The notes under the pieces were generated by a model, which saw only the letters and a program-made list of their open reading frames with translations, made no database searches and had not been told where the DNA came from. The position numbers were made by a program, and so were the translations under genes. A stretch of 64,000 bases of DNA from Acidothermaceae bacterium (GTDB lineage Bacteria > Actinomycetota > Actinomycetes > Acidothermales > Acidothermaceae). Below are positions 10,556-20,067 of the stretch, one piece after another. Positions within the stretch are counted from its first letter, which is position 1. Each line of letters opens with the position of its first letter. The stretch is taken from contig DASYAG010000122.1 in NCBI GenBank assembly GCA_036501485.1, forward strand, positions 5,446-69,445, in the 5' to 3' direction.

Positions 10556-12052
10556 ATGCGGATCGCACGCTTGGCAACGTTTGCAGTTGTCCTTGGTCTC
10601 ACCGCGTCGGGCCTCGTCGCGGGTTCGGCGGCTGCGGCGAGCGGCATCACGGTGACCCGTTATCAGGGAGCGGACCGGTACGGCACCAGCGCCGCAATCG
10701 TCGACGCCAACTACTCGCCCGGCGTTCCTGTCGTCTATATCGCGAGTGGTCTTAACTTTCCCGACGCCCTAGCTGGTGGTGCTGCAGCGGCGAATGCGGG
10801 TGGGCCGCTGCTGCTCGTCGAACCCGGCGCGATCCCGCCCGCCGTTGCAACTGAACTGACGCGGCTGACGCCGGCGAGCATCGTTGTCCTCGGCGGCCCA
10901 CCGGCAGTCAGCGATGCGGTCGTAACCGCGTTGCAGAGTTACACGACTGGCACGGTCACCCGGGTAGCCGGCGCGGATCGGTACGCGACCGCGGCTGACC
11001 TGGCTGCGTCATTCCCGTCGGGTAGCCCGGTTTACATTGCGACGGGCCTCAGCTTCCCCGACGCACTCGGCGCTACTGCGGCGGCGACCCTGCAGCACGC
11101 CGCGATCCTGCTCACGGATCCGAACACGCTGCCAGCGTCAACTGCGGCAGCTCTTGCCGCGCTCATGCCGGAAAGCATCACGATTATTGGAGGCGCCACG
11201 GCAGTGTCTGCCGGGGTCGCTGCGTCGCTGGCGGCGTACAGCCCGATGGTGACCCGTATTTCTGGTTCGGATCGGTACGCAACTGCGGCGCAGTTGGCTG
11301 CGAATGCATTCCCCGACGCGACGGGCTTTTTCGTGGCCTCGGGCAGTGGCTTCGCTGATGCGCTGACCGGTGGCCCGGTCGCGGGCAAGCTTGGCGAGCC
11401 CTTGCTGCTCGCGACACCGACCTGCCTGCCGGCGAGTTCGACCGCTGTCGAAGCGGCGGCCCTCAATCCGTCAACGGTGACTCTGCTGGGCGGGACCGCG
11501 AGCCTCGGGGCGGGCGTCGCCGCACTGACCACGTGCCCGACACCGCCGGCGCCGGTTGCGCCGACGCCAGCGAAGATCACATTCGGCAACGGCACACGTC
11601 ACGTCGGCGCGAGCCTGCCAGCGGGGACCTATCGGACCCGCACCAACGCGACAGGCTGCTACTGGGCTCGCCTCAGTGGATTCAGCGGTGATCTGAGCGA
11701 CACCATCGCGAACAACGACTCCGACGCTCACCAGGTTGTCACCATCGCGCCGACCGACGCGGGATTCGAATCGTCGAACTGTTCGACGTGGACGAACGAC
11801 TTGTCGGCCATCACGTCATCAAAGACTGCATCTTTTGGCGACGGCATGTGGATCGTCAACACCGACATTGCACCGGGCACCTGGTCCGCGCCCGGCGGTG
11901 ACGAGTGCTACTGGGCACGACTTAGTGGATTCAGTGGTGATCTCAGCGACACCATCGCCAACGACGACGGCGGGAATACACCCATCGTGACCATCTACTC
12001 CACTGATGTCGGCTTCATCAGCGAAAACTGCGGTCAATGGACGCCGAGTTAG
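10556..12052 (+). CDS. Secreted protein with three cell-wall-binding-repeat-2-like units and a duplicated C-terminal Cys module
   Basis: Has a signal peptide (MRIARLATFAVVLGLTASGLVAGSAAAA). Three units start GADRYGTSAAI, GADRYATAADL and GSDRYATAAQL, each with FPDAL/FADAL and ...GG..A(V/L)S motifs. Two C-terminal copies of CYWARLSGFSGDLSDTIAN...C..WT follow. Confidence 0.7.
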   Translation: MRIARLATFAVVLGLTASGLVAGSAAAASGITVTRYQGADRYGTSAAIVDANYSPGVPVVYIASGLNFPDALAGGAAAANAGGPLLLVEPGAIPPAVATELTRLTPASIVVLGGPPAVSDAVVTALQSYTTGTVTRVAGADRYATAADLAASFPSGSPVYIATGLSFPDALGATAAATLQHAAILLTDPNTLPASTAAALAALMPESITIIGGATAVSAGVAASLAAYSPMVTRISGSDRYATAAQLAANAFPDATGFFVASGSGFADALTGGPVAGKLGEPLLLATPTCLPASSTAVEAAALNPSTVTLLGGTASLGAGVAALTTCPTPPAPVAPTPAKITFGNGTRHVGASLPAGTYRTRTNATGCYWARLSGFSGDLSDTIANNDSDAHQVVTIAPTDAGFESSNCSTWTNDLSAITSSKTASFGDGMWIVNTDIAPGTWSAPGGDECYWARLSGFSGDLSDTIANDDGGNTPIVTIYSTDVGFISENCGQWTPS

Positions 12053-12083
12053 GTCCGGCGGAGAGCTACTACCGCGCCGGGTG

Positions 12084-13541
12084 CTACGGAAGCGGCGTGA
12101 CCTTGAGGAGTTGCGTGAACCTGCTGTAGCCGCTTTCTGACGGTGACTGCAGTTGTTGAAGCAGGAAGTAGTTGCCGGCGAAGAACGCCGCTTGCCCGGG
12201 GATGGTTTGCATCTCTGCCGCCAGTTGGTCCAGCGGCGGCAACTGAGCTTCGACAGTCAGCTTCCCGGTGTTCGGGTCGAGCCGCACCACGTCGAGGTGC
12301 TGGTTGTCAGTCGGAGCCGACGTGTCGCCGAAGGGGGGATCGGGCGTCGTCAACCAGAGTCCGTTTTGCTGGTCGCCGACGACGAAGTTAGTTCCTGCTT
12401 CAAGACTCGGCTCGGGTGTGCGAATCGCGACCGTGGCCCTCGGACCGTCGAAGCGCCACAGGGTCAACAGCGCACTGTTGTTCGGACGGATCGCGGCCCA
12501 GACGTGGCCGGCGTCCGCGACCATCCAGTCGACCGCATCGTTGCGGCTCGGCACCACCGTCGTGACCATGTGTGACCCGGGTGCCACGTGAAACAGCGTG
12601 CCTGCAACTGGCGACCCTTGGATCGAGTCGCCCAGCCAAAGCCCGTCGGCGTTCGCAACCATGATCGGCCGATACAGCTCGGGCGTACGGACCACATCCT
12701 GAATCTGCCCCGAGATTGCCGAGACCTGGATCGCCTCCGGCCCGTTGCTCGTGTCGACGTCATAGACCCACATCGAGCCACCGCCGTACGCCTCCACCGG
12801 ATTGGTGTCTGACGCCTCACTGATCCGCATGATGACCGGGCCTGTCTTGGGCGTCCCCGTCTTGGGATCGGTCACGGTAATCGCGATCGAGGTAGTAAAA
12901 GCGAGGGACCCTCCGTCGGGGTTGATGACATCGATGGCCACCCGTTCACCTGACATCTCCGGGTCGTCGCAACTGCCTGTCGTCACTGCGCCGAGAGCGA
13001 GCGCGGTCGCATCGACCGGACTTCGAACGCACAGCGCATTTGGGTCCGTCGACATAACCGCGCCGTTCAGCAGCAAGGGTCCGGAGTCGGTTGTGAGGCC
13101 GAAGAACGTGTATGTGCTGGGCAGTGCAAGCCTGGACACGTTCGACGGCAAGGTTGCGCTCGCCGGACTTGATGTCGGCGCGACGACAACGGGGACGACC
13201 GAAGTCGGCGACGGCGAGGCTGCGGGTGAGTTCGCAGCCGGTGACGTCGGCGGTGTTGTGCCTGGTGTTGGCACCGCCGTCGCTGGGGCGGTCGCGGGGT
13301 GGCTCGAGTTGACCGCGGGTCCGATCGGCCTGGACGACGTGTCATTGCCAGCGAGCGCAGTGGCCGCAATGGCAATGCCGGCGACGCACACTGCTGCGGT
13401 CGACGCGACCGCGAGGCCACGCCGGTAGGTGCGTCGCCGCATCCGAGCCTGCACACCGACAACCGGGTCACCAGCGGCAACGGGCACTCGGGCACGATCC
13501 CGAAGGACTTCGCGCAACCGTTCTTCCATGTCGTCGGTCAC
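12084..13541 (-). CDS. Membrane-anchored protein coupled to an ECF sigma factor (putative anti-sigma or co-regulated partner)
   Basis: GTG start overlaps the sigma gene stop (GTGA). It has a short cytoplasmic N-terminus, one TM helix (LAVASTAAVCVAGIAIAATALAG), a Pro/Ala/Ser/Thr linker and a large beta-rich extracytoplasmic domain. Confidence 0.6.
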   Translation of the reverse strand: MTDDMEERLREVLRDRARVPVAAGDPVVGVQARMRRRTYRRGLAVASTAAVCVAGIAIAATALAGNDTSSRPIGPAVNSSHPATAPATAVPTPGTTPPTSPAANSPAASPSPTSVVPVVVAPTSSPASATLPSNVSRLALPSTYTFFGLTTDSGPLLLNGAVMSTDPNALCVRSPVDATALALGAVTTGSCDDPEMSGERVAIDVINPDGGSLAFTTSIAITVTDPKTGTPKTGPVIMRISEASDTNPVEAYGGGSMWVYDVDTSNGPEAIQVSAISGQIQDVVRTPELYRPIMVANADGLWLGDSIQGSPVAGTLFHVAPGSHMVTTVVPSRNDAVDWMVADAGHVWAAIRPNNSALLTLWRFDGPRATVAIRTPEPSLEAGTNFVVGDQQNGLWLTTPDPPFGDTSAPTDNQHLDVVRLDPNTGKLTVEAQLPPLDQLAAEMQTIPGQAAFFAGNYFLLQQLQSPSESGYSRFTQLLKVTPLP

Positions 13542-14029
13542 CGCGAATCCTCCGTCCTGATCGTCGGGGCGAGCTCACGCAATCTCGCGAGTCCCTTGGC
13601 GGTCTGGCTTCGCACGGTGCCGACCGTAATCTCCAAGCACTCCGCGATTTCGCTCTCGGTCATGCCTTCGTAGAACCGCAGCACCAGCACGGCCCGCTGC
13701 CGCGGTGCCGTTTCCTGCAACGCCCGCCACACGGCGTCCCGATCTGCGTGTTGGCTTGTGAGGTCCGACGCTGCGGCTTCGGGGACATCCGCCGTCACCT
13801 CCTCGCGAAAGCGTCGCAATCGCGAGCGGCTGATCAAGACGTTGACCATCACGCGATGTACGTACGCATCTGGCTCACTCACCGGCCGCCGCCGCCAGGC
13901 TGCGCAACACCTCGCCAATGCCTCCTGCACCAAGTCCTCAGCGGCGTGCTGGCTGCCCGTCAGCAGATACCCACGGCGGAGCAGCTGCGGATAGCGCGCT
14001 CGCACGAAGTCGGCGAGCTCGTCGTCCAC
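13538..14029 (-). CDS. ECF-type RNA polymerase sigma factor (SigE-family label)
   Basis: Region 2 is DLVQEALARCCAAWRR...PDAYVHRVMVN. Region 4 is RQRAVLVLRFYEGMTESEIAECLEITVGTVRSQTAKGLARLRE. Confidence 0.85.
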   Translation of the reverse strand: MDDELADFVRARYPQLLRRGYLLTGSQHAAEDLVQEALARCCAAWRRRPVSEPDAYVHRVMVNVLISRSRLRRFREEVTADVPEAAASDLTSQHADRDAVWRALQETAPRQRAVLVLRFYEGMTESEIAECLEITVGTVRSQTAKGLARLRELAPTIRTEDSR

Positions 14030-14098
14030 GACACCCCCCTTTACGGACTTAGACGCGTAGGCCCGTCATTTCTATGCCTGAGCGTCCCGCGCCGTACA

Positions 14099-14125
14099 CT
14101 GGCACTCGGGCTAAAGGAGTGCCAG
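14099..14125 (+). promoter_or_regulatory. CIRCE-like operator upstream of hrcA
   Basis: CTGGCACTC-N9-GAGTGCCAG is a perfect 9-bp inverted repeat. It matches the core of the CIRCE consensus TTAGCACTC-N9-GAGTGCTAA and lies 33 nt upstream of the proposed hrcA start. Confidence 0.75.
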
Positions 14126-14157
14126 ACGGGCCCAGACGGTTCAGGGAGGTGGTTCGC

Positions 14158-15177
14158 GTGCTCGACGATCGCAAGCTCGACGTGCTGCGCGCCATCGTCC
14201 AAGACTTCGTGTCGACCAACGAGCCGGTGGGCTCCAAGGCGCTAGTTGAGCGGCACCACCTAGGGGTCTCGCCCGCGACCGTGCGCAACGACATGGCCGC
14301 GCTCGAAGAAGAGGGCTACATCGCCCAGCCGCACACCAGCGCGGGTCGGGTGCCTACCGACAAGGGCTACCGGCTCTTCGTCGACCGGCTGTCGACCGTC
14401 AAGCCGCTGAGCAGTGCTGAGCGTCGCGCGATCGAGCAGTTCCTCGACGGCGCGCTCGACCTCGACGACGTGGTGTCGCGGACCGTCCGATTGCTGGCCC
14501 AACTGACCCGCCACGTGGCCGTCGTCCAGTACCCGATCCTTGACCGATCCTCTGTGCGGCACCTCGAGCTGATCAAGCTGAGTGACACCCGGCTGATGCT
14601 GGTCTTGATCACGGACACCGGCCGGGTCGAGCAGCGGCAGGTCGACCTCCCCGGCTTGATCGACGAGCGCACCGTGAGTGATCTGCGAGCTCGGCTGAAC
14701 CAGCGGATTGCCGGCCGGCCGATTCACGACGTCCCGAATGACTTGGCCGATCTGGCTGAAGCCGAGCCGCCGGCGACTCGAGGCAACGCGTCTGCTGTCG
14801 TGGCGGTGCTTCTCGCGTCGCTGGTTGAGCGGCGGGAAGAGCGCGTTGTCGTGGGTGGGGCGTCGAACCTCACGCGGCTGGCACTCGACTTTCCCGACTC
14901 GGTGCATCCGGTGCTCGAGGCGCTCGAAGAGCAGGTCGTGCTCATCCGGTTGTTGGGTGAGGCGAGCAGGCCGACCGAGGTCACTGTGCGCATCGGTGAC
15001 GAGCACCCATATGAGGGCCTGCGTTCGACCTCGATGGTGAGTGCGACCTACGGCTCTGGCAGTCGAGCACTCGCGAGTCTCGGTGTGCTCGGTCCGATGC
15101 GGATGGATTACCCGGGCACGATGGCGGCCGTCGGCGCGGTCGCACGTTATGTCGGCCGGATTCTCGCCGAGTCCTGA
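14158..15177 (+). CDS. hrcA: Heat-inducible transcription repressor HrcA
   Basis: [30 protein letters not shown] is a typical HrcA N-terminus. GTG 14158 is preceded by GGGAGG; the tracked ATG 14074 would run through the CIRCE element. Confidence 0.9.
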   Translation: MLDDRKLDVLRAIVQDFVSTNEPVGSKALVERHHLGVSPATVRNDMAALEEEGYIAQPHTSAGRVPTDKGYRLFVDRLSTVKPLSSAERRAIEQFLDGALDLDDVVSRTVRLLAQLTRHVAVVQYPILDRSSVRHLELIKLSDTRLMLVLITDTGRVEQRQVDLPGLIDERTVSDLRARLNQRIAGRPIHDVPNDLADLAEAEPPATRGNASAVVAVLLASLVERREERVVVGGASNLTRLALDFPDSVHPVLEALEEQVVLIRLLGEASRPTEVTVRIGDEHPYEGLRSTSMVSATYGSGSRALASLGVLGPMRMDYPGTMAAVGAVARYVGRILAES

Positions 15178-15208
15178 ACTACCAGCAAAGCAATAAGGGA
15201 GTCACCTG

Positions 15209-16333
15209 GTGGCGCGCGACCATTACGCGACCCTCGGCGTGCGCAAGGACGCACCGCCCGAGGAGATCAAGCGTGCGTACCGGCGGTTGGCGAGACAGCT
15301 GCACCCCGACGTGAATCCCGATGCGGAAACGCAGGAGCGCTTCAAGGAGATCACCTCGGCGTATGAGGTGTTGTCCGACCCGAGCAAGCGACAGCTGTAC
15401 GACATGGGCGGCGATCCGCTGTCAGCGTCGGGCAATAACCCTTTCAACGCAGGGTTTGGCGGCCTTGGCGACATCATGGACGCGTTCTTCGGCGGCGGTG
15501 CAAGTCGCGGCCCGCGCACGCGTACCCGCAAGGGCAACGATGCACTGATCCACGTCGAGATCGATCTGGTCGAGGCGGTGTTCGGAGCCACTCGCGAGCT
15601 CAACATCGAGACGGCCATCGTCTGCGCGACCTGTGACGGCGCGGGCACCGCATCGGGCACGCATCCCGAAACGTGTCAGGTCTGCAAGGGTCGCGGTGAG
15701 GTCAGCCAGGTGACGCGGTCGTTCCTCGGTCAGGTCATGACGTCACGACCATGCCCGCAGTGCGCCGGCGTCGGCACGGTCATCCGGCATCCATGCCCTG
15801 AGTGCTCCGGTGATGGCCGAGTGCGCGCACGGCGCACCGTCGAGGTCGGAATTCCCGCCGGGGTCGAGCACGGGATGCGGCTGCGGCTGACCGGCGAGGG
15901 CGAGGTCGGCCCGGGTGGCGGCCCACCGGGTGACCTTTACGTCGAGATCGAGGAGCGCAAGCACCCGACCTTCGAACGGCACGGCGTCGACTTGCACGCG
16001 GCCGTGCCGGTGCCGATGACCGCGGCAGCGCTCGGCACCTCGTTGAAGGTCGAGACTCTCGACGGACCCGTCGACATCGACGTGAAGCCCGGCACGCAGT
16101 CGGGCACCGTAATCCCGTTGCGCGGCCGTGGCGTTCCCCGCCTGCGCTCGAACAGCCGCGGCGACCTGCACGTTCACCTCGAGGTCACGACGCCGACGAA
16201 ACTCGATGCCGAACAGGAAGAGTTGGTCCGCAAGCTGGCCAGCCTGCGCGGCGAGGAGGCACCCGACGGCGCGTTCAAGGCCGCGGCTCCGGGCCTCTTC
16301 GGCCGCATCCGCGACGCGTTCAACGGTCGCTGA
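15209..16333 (+). CDS. dnaJ: Molecular chaperone DnaJ
   Basis: Has a J-domain (DHYATLGV...HPDVNP), a G/F region and four CxxCxG zinc motifs (CATCDGAG, CQVCKGRG, CPQCAGVG, CPECSGDG). Confidence 0.95.
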   Translation: MARDHYATLGVRKDAPPEEIKRAYRRLARQLHPDVNPDAETQERFKEITSAYEVLSDPSKRQLYDMGGDPLSASGNNPFNAGFGGLGDIMDAFFGGGASRGPRTRTRKGNDALIHVEIDLVEAVFGATRELNIETAIVCATCDGAGTASGTHPETCQVCKGRGEVSQVTRSFLGQVMTSRPCPQCAGVGTVIRHPCPECSGDGRVRARRTVEVGIPAGVEHGMRLRLTGEGEVGPGGGPPGDLYVEIEERKHPTFERHGVDLHAAVPVPMTAAALGTSLKVETLDGPVDIDVKPGTQSGTVIPLRGRGVPRLRSNSRGDLHVHLEVTTPTKLDAEQEELVRKLASLRGEEAPDGAFKAAAPGLFGRIRDAFNGR

Positions 16334-16339
16334 CCTCTC

Positions 16340-17098
16340 TTGACCGCACCGCTTTTCTTCGCGGACGCCGACCGGCTCGCCGTCGCAGAAATCGGCGACG
16401 TCGTTGAACTCGGCGGCGCCGAGGGTCGCCATGCCGCAACGGTCCGTCGTCTCGTCGCCGGTGAGCGACTCGATCTATCCGACGGCGCGGGGTTGCTGTG
16501 CGTGGCGGAGGTTAGCGCCGTCGTCGGTCAGGTGTTGCACGCCCGCGTGCTCGAATGCGCATCGGTTCCGCAGCCGGCGCCCCGCATCACTGTCGTGCAG
16601 GCCTTGGCCAAGGGTGACCGCGACGAGCGGGCAGTCGAGACCATGACCGAGGTCGGCGTCGACGTCATCGTGCCGTGGCAGGCCGCGCGCTCGATCGTGC
16701 GCTGGGATTCACCGCGTGCACAGAAGGCCGTCACCCGCTGGCGAACGACCGCCCGTGAAGCGGCGAAGCAGGCGCGACGACCCTGGCTGGTCGACGTCCC
16801 GCTACTCGAGACAACGTCCGCGGTGGTGGCTCGGATCGGGTCCGTTGTGCAGGCGGGCGGGGTTGCCGTCGTCCTGCACGAGGTGTCGGATCAGCCGCTG
16901 CGGTCGCTCGCGATTCCGGCTTCCGGTGAAGTCGTGCTGATCGTCGGTCCTGAAGGTGGCATCGCTGACGACGAGGTAGCCGCGTTCGAAGCGGCGGGCG
17001 CCACCGTCCGCCGCCTTGGTCCGACCGTGTTGCGCACCTCGACCGCAGGCACGGTCGCCGCCGCCATCGTGATGGCGAACTCCGGCCGCTGGGGCTGA
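16340..17098 (+). CDS. rsmE: 16S rRNA (uracil1498-N3)-methyltransferase
   Basis: TTG start. The C-terminal LIVGPEGG....E......G...V.LGP.VLRTSTA motif is present, and the gene follows dnaJ as usual. Confidence 0.85.
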   Translation: MTAPLFFADADRLAVAEIGDVVELGGAEGRHAATVRRLVAGERLDLSDGAGLLCVAEVSAVVGQVLHARVLECASVPQPAPRITVVQALAKGDRDERAVETMTEVGVDVIVPWQAARSIVRWDSPRAQKAVTRWRTTAREAAKQARRPWLVDVPLLETTSAVVARIGSVVQAGGVAVVLHEVSDQPLRSLAIPASGEVVLIVGPEGGIADDEVAAFEAAGATVRRLGPTVLRTSTAGTVAAAIVMANSGRWG

Positions 17099-17121
17099 CG
17101 ATTTGGGATCGAGAGACGGGC

Positions 17122-18264
17122 CTACTGGACGGTGAAGGTCTTGTCGTCGAGGAAGGTCACCGAGCCGTCTTTCGCCGAGGTCTCGTAGGCCCGGATCGCG
17201 TATTTCCCCGGCGCGAGGCCCTCGAGTGTGACGCTCCACAGACCACGCTCGGGAGCACCCTTGTCGGCGTTGACACTTCCGGTCTTGAGGACGCCCCCGT
17301 TGCTGCGCAACTGCCACGTGACGGTGCCCTCGAAGACGCTTGCCTCGCCGGTGATGTTGACCGATGATGCGACAGTCGCGTTCTCGACCGGCGCCGTGAT
17401 CCAGACGTGGCCCCACACTTGCCAGGTCGGCAGCGGGCTGACGGTGCCTGGGGCGGTTGTCGTTGGAGACGCGGGCGGGCTGGAGCTAGCAGTCGATCCG
17501 AGCGGGGTCCCCCAGAGGGAGGTCACTGGCACGCCCGCGATCTGCAACTGCAGGCTGTCGATCTTCGGCGCTGCGGCGATGATTGTGTAGAGCAACTGCT
17601 GCGCGCTGATCGCGGCCTCGTTCGCGGGACCGCTGCTCGCCTGGCTCGACAAGTTCACGACGGCCGTCGTGGTGTTCACGATGCTGGCCGATATCAGCGT
17701 GGTGCCGGCCGGCCAGTAGCTGGTGTAGTCGGGATCCTGCGCCGGCGTGGCGAGCATCGCGTCGACCGCGTCTTTGACGAAGGTGTGCTGGGGTGACGAC
17801 GGCCAGGTCGCCTTCTCGCGGAACAGCAGCTGCTGAGGGTCTTTGCGTTCGTCGACGTAGTAGACCCACACCGGGTAGGTGCTGGGCTCCGACGAAGCCG
17901 GCGGGGTCGAGACGGTTGGAGTGGCGGGCGGCACGACCGGTGCCGATGCTGCGGGCGTCGGCGATGAGGGAGCGGCGGCTGTCGCCGCGGGGTGGTTGGG
18001 GGTGCCCGACTTGTTCTGCGCAATGGCAACGCCGATGAACGCTACCGCTGCTGTTGCCAGGCCGGCGCCGCCGATCTGGAACGCGCGCAGCCAATTGCGC
18101 CGCCTCGGACGCTGGGCACGGATCTTCTCGCGGATCATCGACAGTCCATCGGCGGACGGCGTGATGGCTCGGGCTTCGCGCGCCAGCAGTTCGCGCAGGC
18201 GGCGCGCGGCGTCGTCGTCGGTGGATGCGTCGTCGGGGTCGAACGGACCCGGCCGGTCGCTCAT
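17122..18264 (-). CDS. Membrane-anchored GerMN-like plus Gmad2-like Ig-fold protein, coupled to an ECF sigma factor
   Basis: ATGA overlap with the upstream sigma gene. It has an acidic cytoplasmic N-terminus, a TM helix (AFQIGGAGLATAAVAFIGVAIA) and a Pro-rich linker. These are followed by a GerMN-like segment (VWVYYV...FVKDAVDAML...VVNLSS) and a C-terminal Ig-like segment (VNITGEASVFEGTVTWQL...YAIRAYETSAKDGS). Confidence 0.65.
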   Translation of the reverse strand: MSDRPGPFDPDDASTDDDAARRLRELLAREARAITPSADGLSMIREKIRAQRPRRRNWLRAFQIGGAGLATAAVAFIGVAIAQNKSGTPNHPAATAAAPSSPTPAASAPVVPPATPTVSTPPASSEPSTYPVWVYYVDERKDPQQLLFREKATWPSSPQHTFVKDAVDAMLATPAQDPDYTSYWPAGTTLISASIVNTTTAVVNLSSQASSGPANEAAISAQQLLYTIIAAAPKIDSLQLQIAGVPVTSLWGTPLGSTASSSPPASPTTTAPGTVSPLPTWQVWGHVWITAPVENATVASSVNITGEASVFEGTVTWQLRSNGGVLKTGSVNADKGAPERGLWSVTLEGLAPGKYAIRAYETSAKDGSVTFLDDKTFTVQ

Positions 18265-18812
18265 GGCGTGATCTCCAAAACGTTGCGAAGGGCGGCCAGT
18301 CCACGGGATGCGTGGCTCTTGACGGCGCCCTGACTGATGCCGAGGGTGTCGGCTATTTGGGCCTCCGAGAGATCGGAGTAGTACCGCAGCAGGAGGGTTT
18401 CCCGCTGCCGGCGAGGTAATGAGTGGATCGCCCGCATGAGCTGGTCACGTTCGGTTGCGGCTACCGCAAAATGCTCTGCACTCGGGACGTCGGGTGGTGG
18501 CGCCGGCGGATATTTCGCCACCACTGCGCGGTGCCGAAGCGCCGACCGGGAGCGGTTCACAATCGCCTGCCGCAAGTAGGCCAGCGCCTTCTCCGGGTCG
18601 CGCAGGCGGCTCCAGCTGCCGTGCATCGCGACGAAAGCGTCCTGGACGACCTCTTCGGCGGTGCCGACGTCGCCGACCAACATCGCGGAAAGGCGCACCA
18701 GACCGGCGTAGTGAGCGCGGTACAACTCGACGACTGCTTCGTCTGCGGTGGCCGTCTCGAATTGGCCCAGCAAGGTTCGGCTCCCCGGGCGGCTCAAGAG
18801 TGCGGCGGTCAT
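18261..18812 (-). CDS. ECF-type RNA polymerase sigma factor (SigE-family label)
   Basis: Region 2 is AEEVVQDAFVAMHGSWSRLRDPEKALAYLRQAIVN. Region 4 is RQRETLLLRYYSDLSEAQIADTLGISQGAVKSHASRGLAALR. Confidence 0.85.
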   Translation of the reverse strand: MTAALLSRPGSRTLLGQFETATADEAVVELYRAHYAGLVRLSAMLVGDVGTAEEVVQDAFVAMHGSWSRLRDPEKALAYLRQAIVNRSRSALRHRAVVAKYPPAPPPDVPSAEHFAVAATERDQLMRAIHSLPRRQRETLLLRYYSDLSEAQIADTLGISQGAVKSHASRGLAALRNVLEITP

Positions 18813-18951
18813 ACGGATACGACGCGCATCCGGATGGGTCGGTTTACCGGAGAGGTTTACCGCATGGCGGCCCTCCGGCGCGCGGGTACGATGGGGGGGT
18901 CACGTCACCGAGGACCGAAAGCAGGCGCGAGCAGGCCCCACCGGCCGATCC

Positions 18952-20067
18952 ATGCGAGCCGAACCGAGCCAGGCCCACCCCGCTGGCCATTCCACGGGCC
19001 ATCACGCGCCCAGGGCCGCCCATGACGGCGCTGGCTCTACCCCGACACAGACTCCGACGCAGACACCGACGCAGACCCGCATCGTCGTCCCGGGCGCGCA
19101 CTCGATGGTCAGCCTGCTCGGCTCCCGCGACGAGCTCCTGCGCATCATCGAGCGGGCGTTCGACAGCGACATCCACGTTCGCGGCAACGAGATCACCATC
19201 ACCGGCGCTGGCCCCGAGAACGCCGTGGTCGCTCAGCTGTTCGAAGAGCTGATCGCGTTACTCGAGAGCGGTACGACGCTGACGGCTGACGCGGTCGAAC
19301 GCAGCGTGACGATGTTGCGCAGCAAGGACACCGAGCGCCCAGTCGAGGTGCTGACCTTCGACATCGTGTCGTCACGCGGCAAGACGATCCGGCCGAAGTC
19401 GGTCAACCAGAAGCGCTACGTCGAAGCGATCGACAAGCACACGATCGTGTTCTCCATCGGCCCGGCCGGTACCGGCAAGACCTACCTCGCGGTCGCCAAG
19501 GCCGTGCAGGCGCTGCAGGCCAAGCAGGTCAACCGCATCATCTTGACCCGGCCAGCCGTCGAGGCCGGCGAGCGGCTTGGCTTCTTGCCCGGCACGCTCT
19601 ACGAGAAGATCGACCCTTATTTGCGACCGCTCTACGACGCGTTGCACGACATGCTCGAACCCGACTCGATCCCGCGCCTGATGCAAAGCGGCACCATCGA
19701 AGTCGCCCCGCTGGCCTACATGCGCGGCCGCACGCTCAATGACGCCTTCATCATTCTCGACGAGGCGCAGAACACCACGCCCGAGCAGATGAAGATGTTC
19801 CTGACCAGGTTGGGCTTTGGCTCGAAGATGGTCGTGACGGGCGACGTGACGCAGATCGACCTGCCCGGTAACACCCAAAGTGGTCTTCGGGTAGTGCGCG
19901 ACATCCTCGACGGAATCCCCGACGTGCATTTCTCGATGACAGGCAGTGGCGACGTTGTGCGTCACAAGCTGGTCAGCGAGATCGTCGATGCCTACGAGCG
20001 AGCCGACGCGGCGAGCGACTCAGCCGCGCCACGGCCGGTGTCCGCTCGCCGTCGCGGTGGCCGCTGA
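18952..20067 (+). CDS. phoH: PhoH-like ATPase
   Basis: Has Walker [31 protein letters not shown] and ILDEAQNTT. Start set at ATG 18952; the tracked ORF start 18748 overlaps the divergent sigma gene. Confidence 0.9.
   Translation: MRAEPSQAHPAGHSTGHHAPRAAHDGAGSTPTQTPTQTPTQTRIVVPGAHSMVSLLGSRDELLRIIERAFDSDIHVRGNEITITGAGPENAVVAQLFEELIALLESGTTLTADAVERSVTMLRSKDTERPVEVLTFDIVSSRGKTIRPKSVNQKRYVEAIDKHTIVFSIGPAGTGKTYLAVAKAVQALQAKQVNRIILTRPAVEAGERLGFLPGTLYEKIDPYLRPLYDALHDMLEPDSIPRLMQSGTIEVAPLAYMRGRTLNDAFIILDEAQNTTPEQMKMFLTRLGFGSKMVVTGDVTQIDLPGNTQSGLRVVRDILDGIPDVHFSMTGSGDVVRHKLVSEIVDAYERADAASDSAAPRPVSARRRGGR

Noticed and set aside
19045-19077. [11 protein letters not shown] micro-repeat in the PhoH N-terminus
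   Set aside because: It is a short low-complexity coding repeat in a non-conserved N-terminal tail, with no evidence of function.
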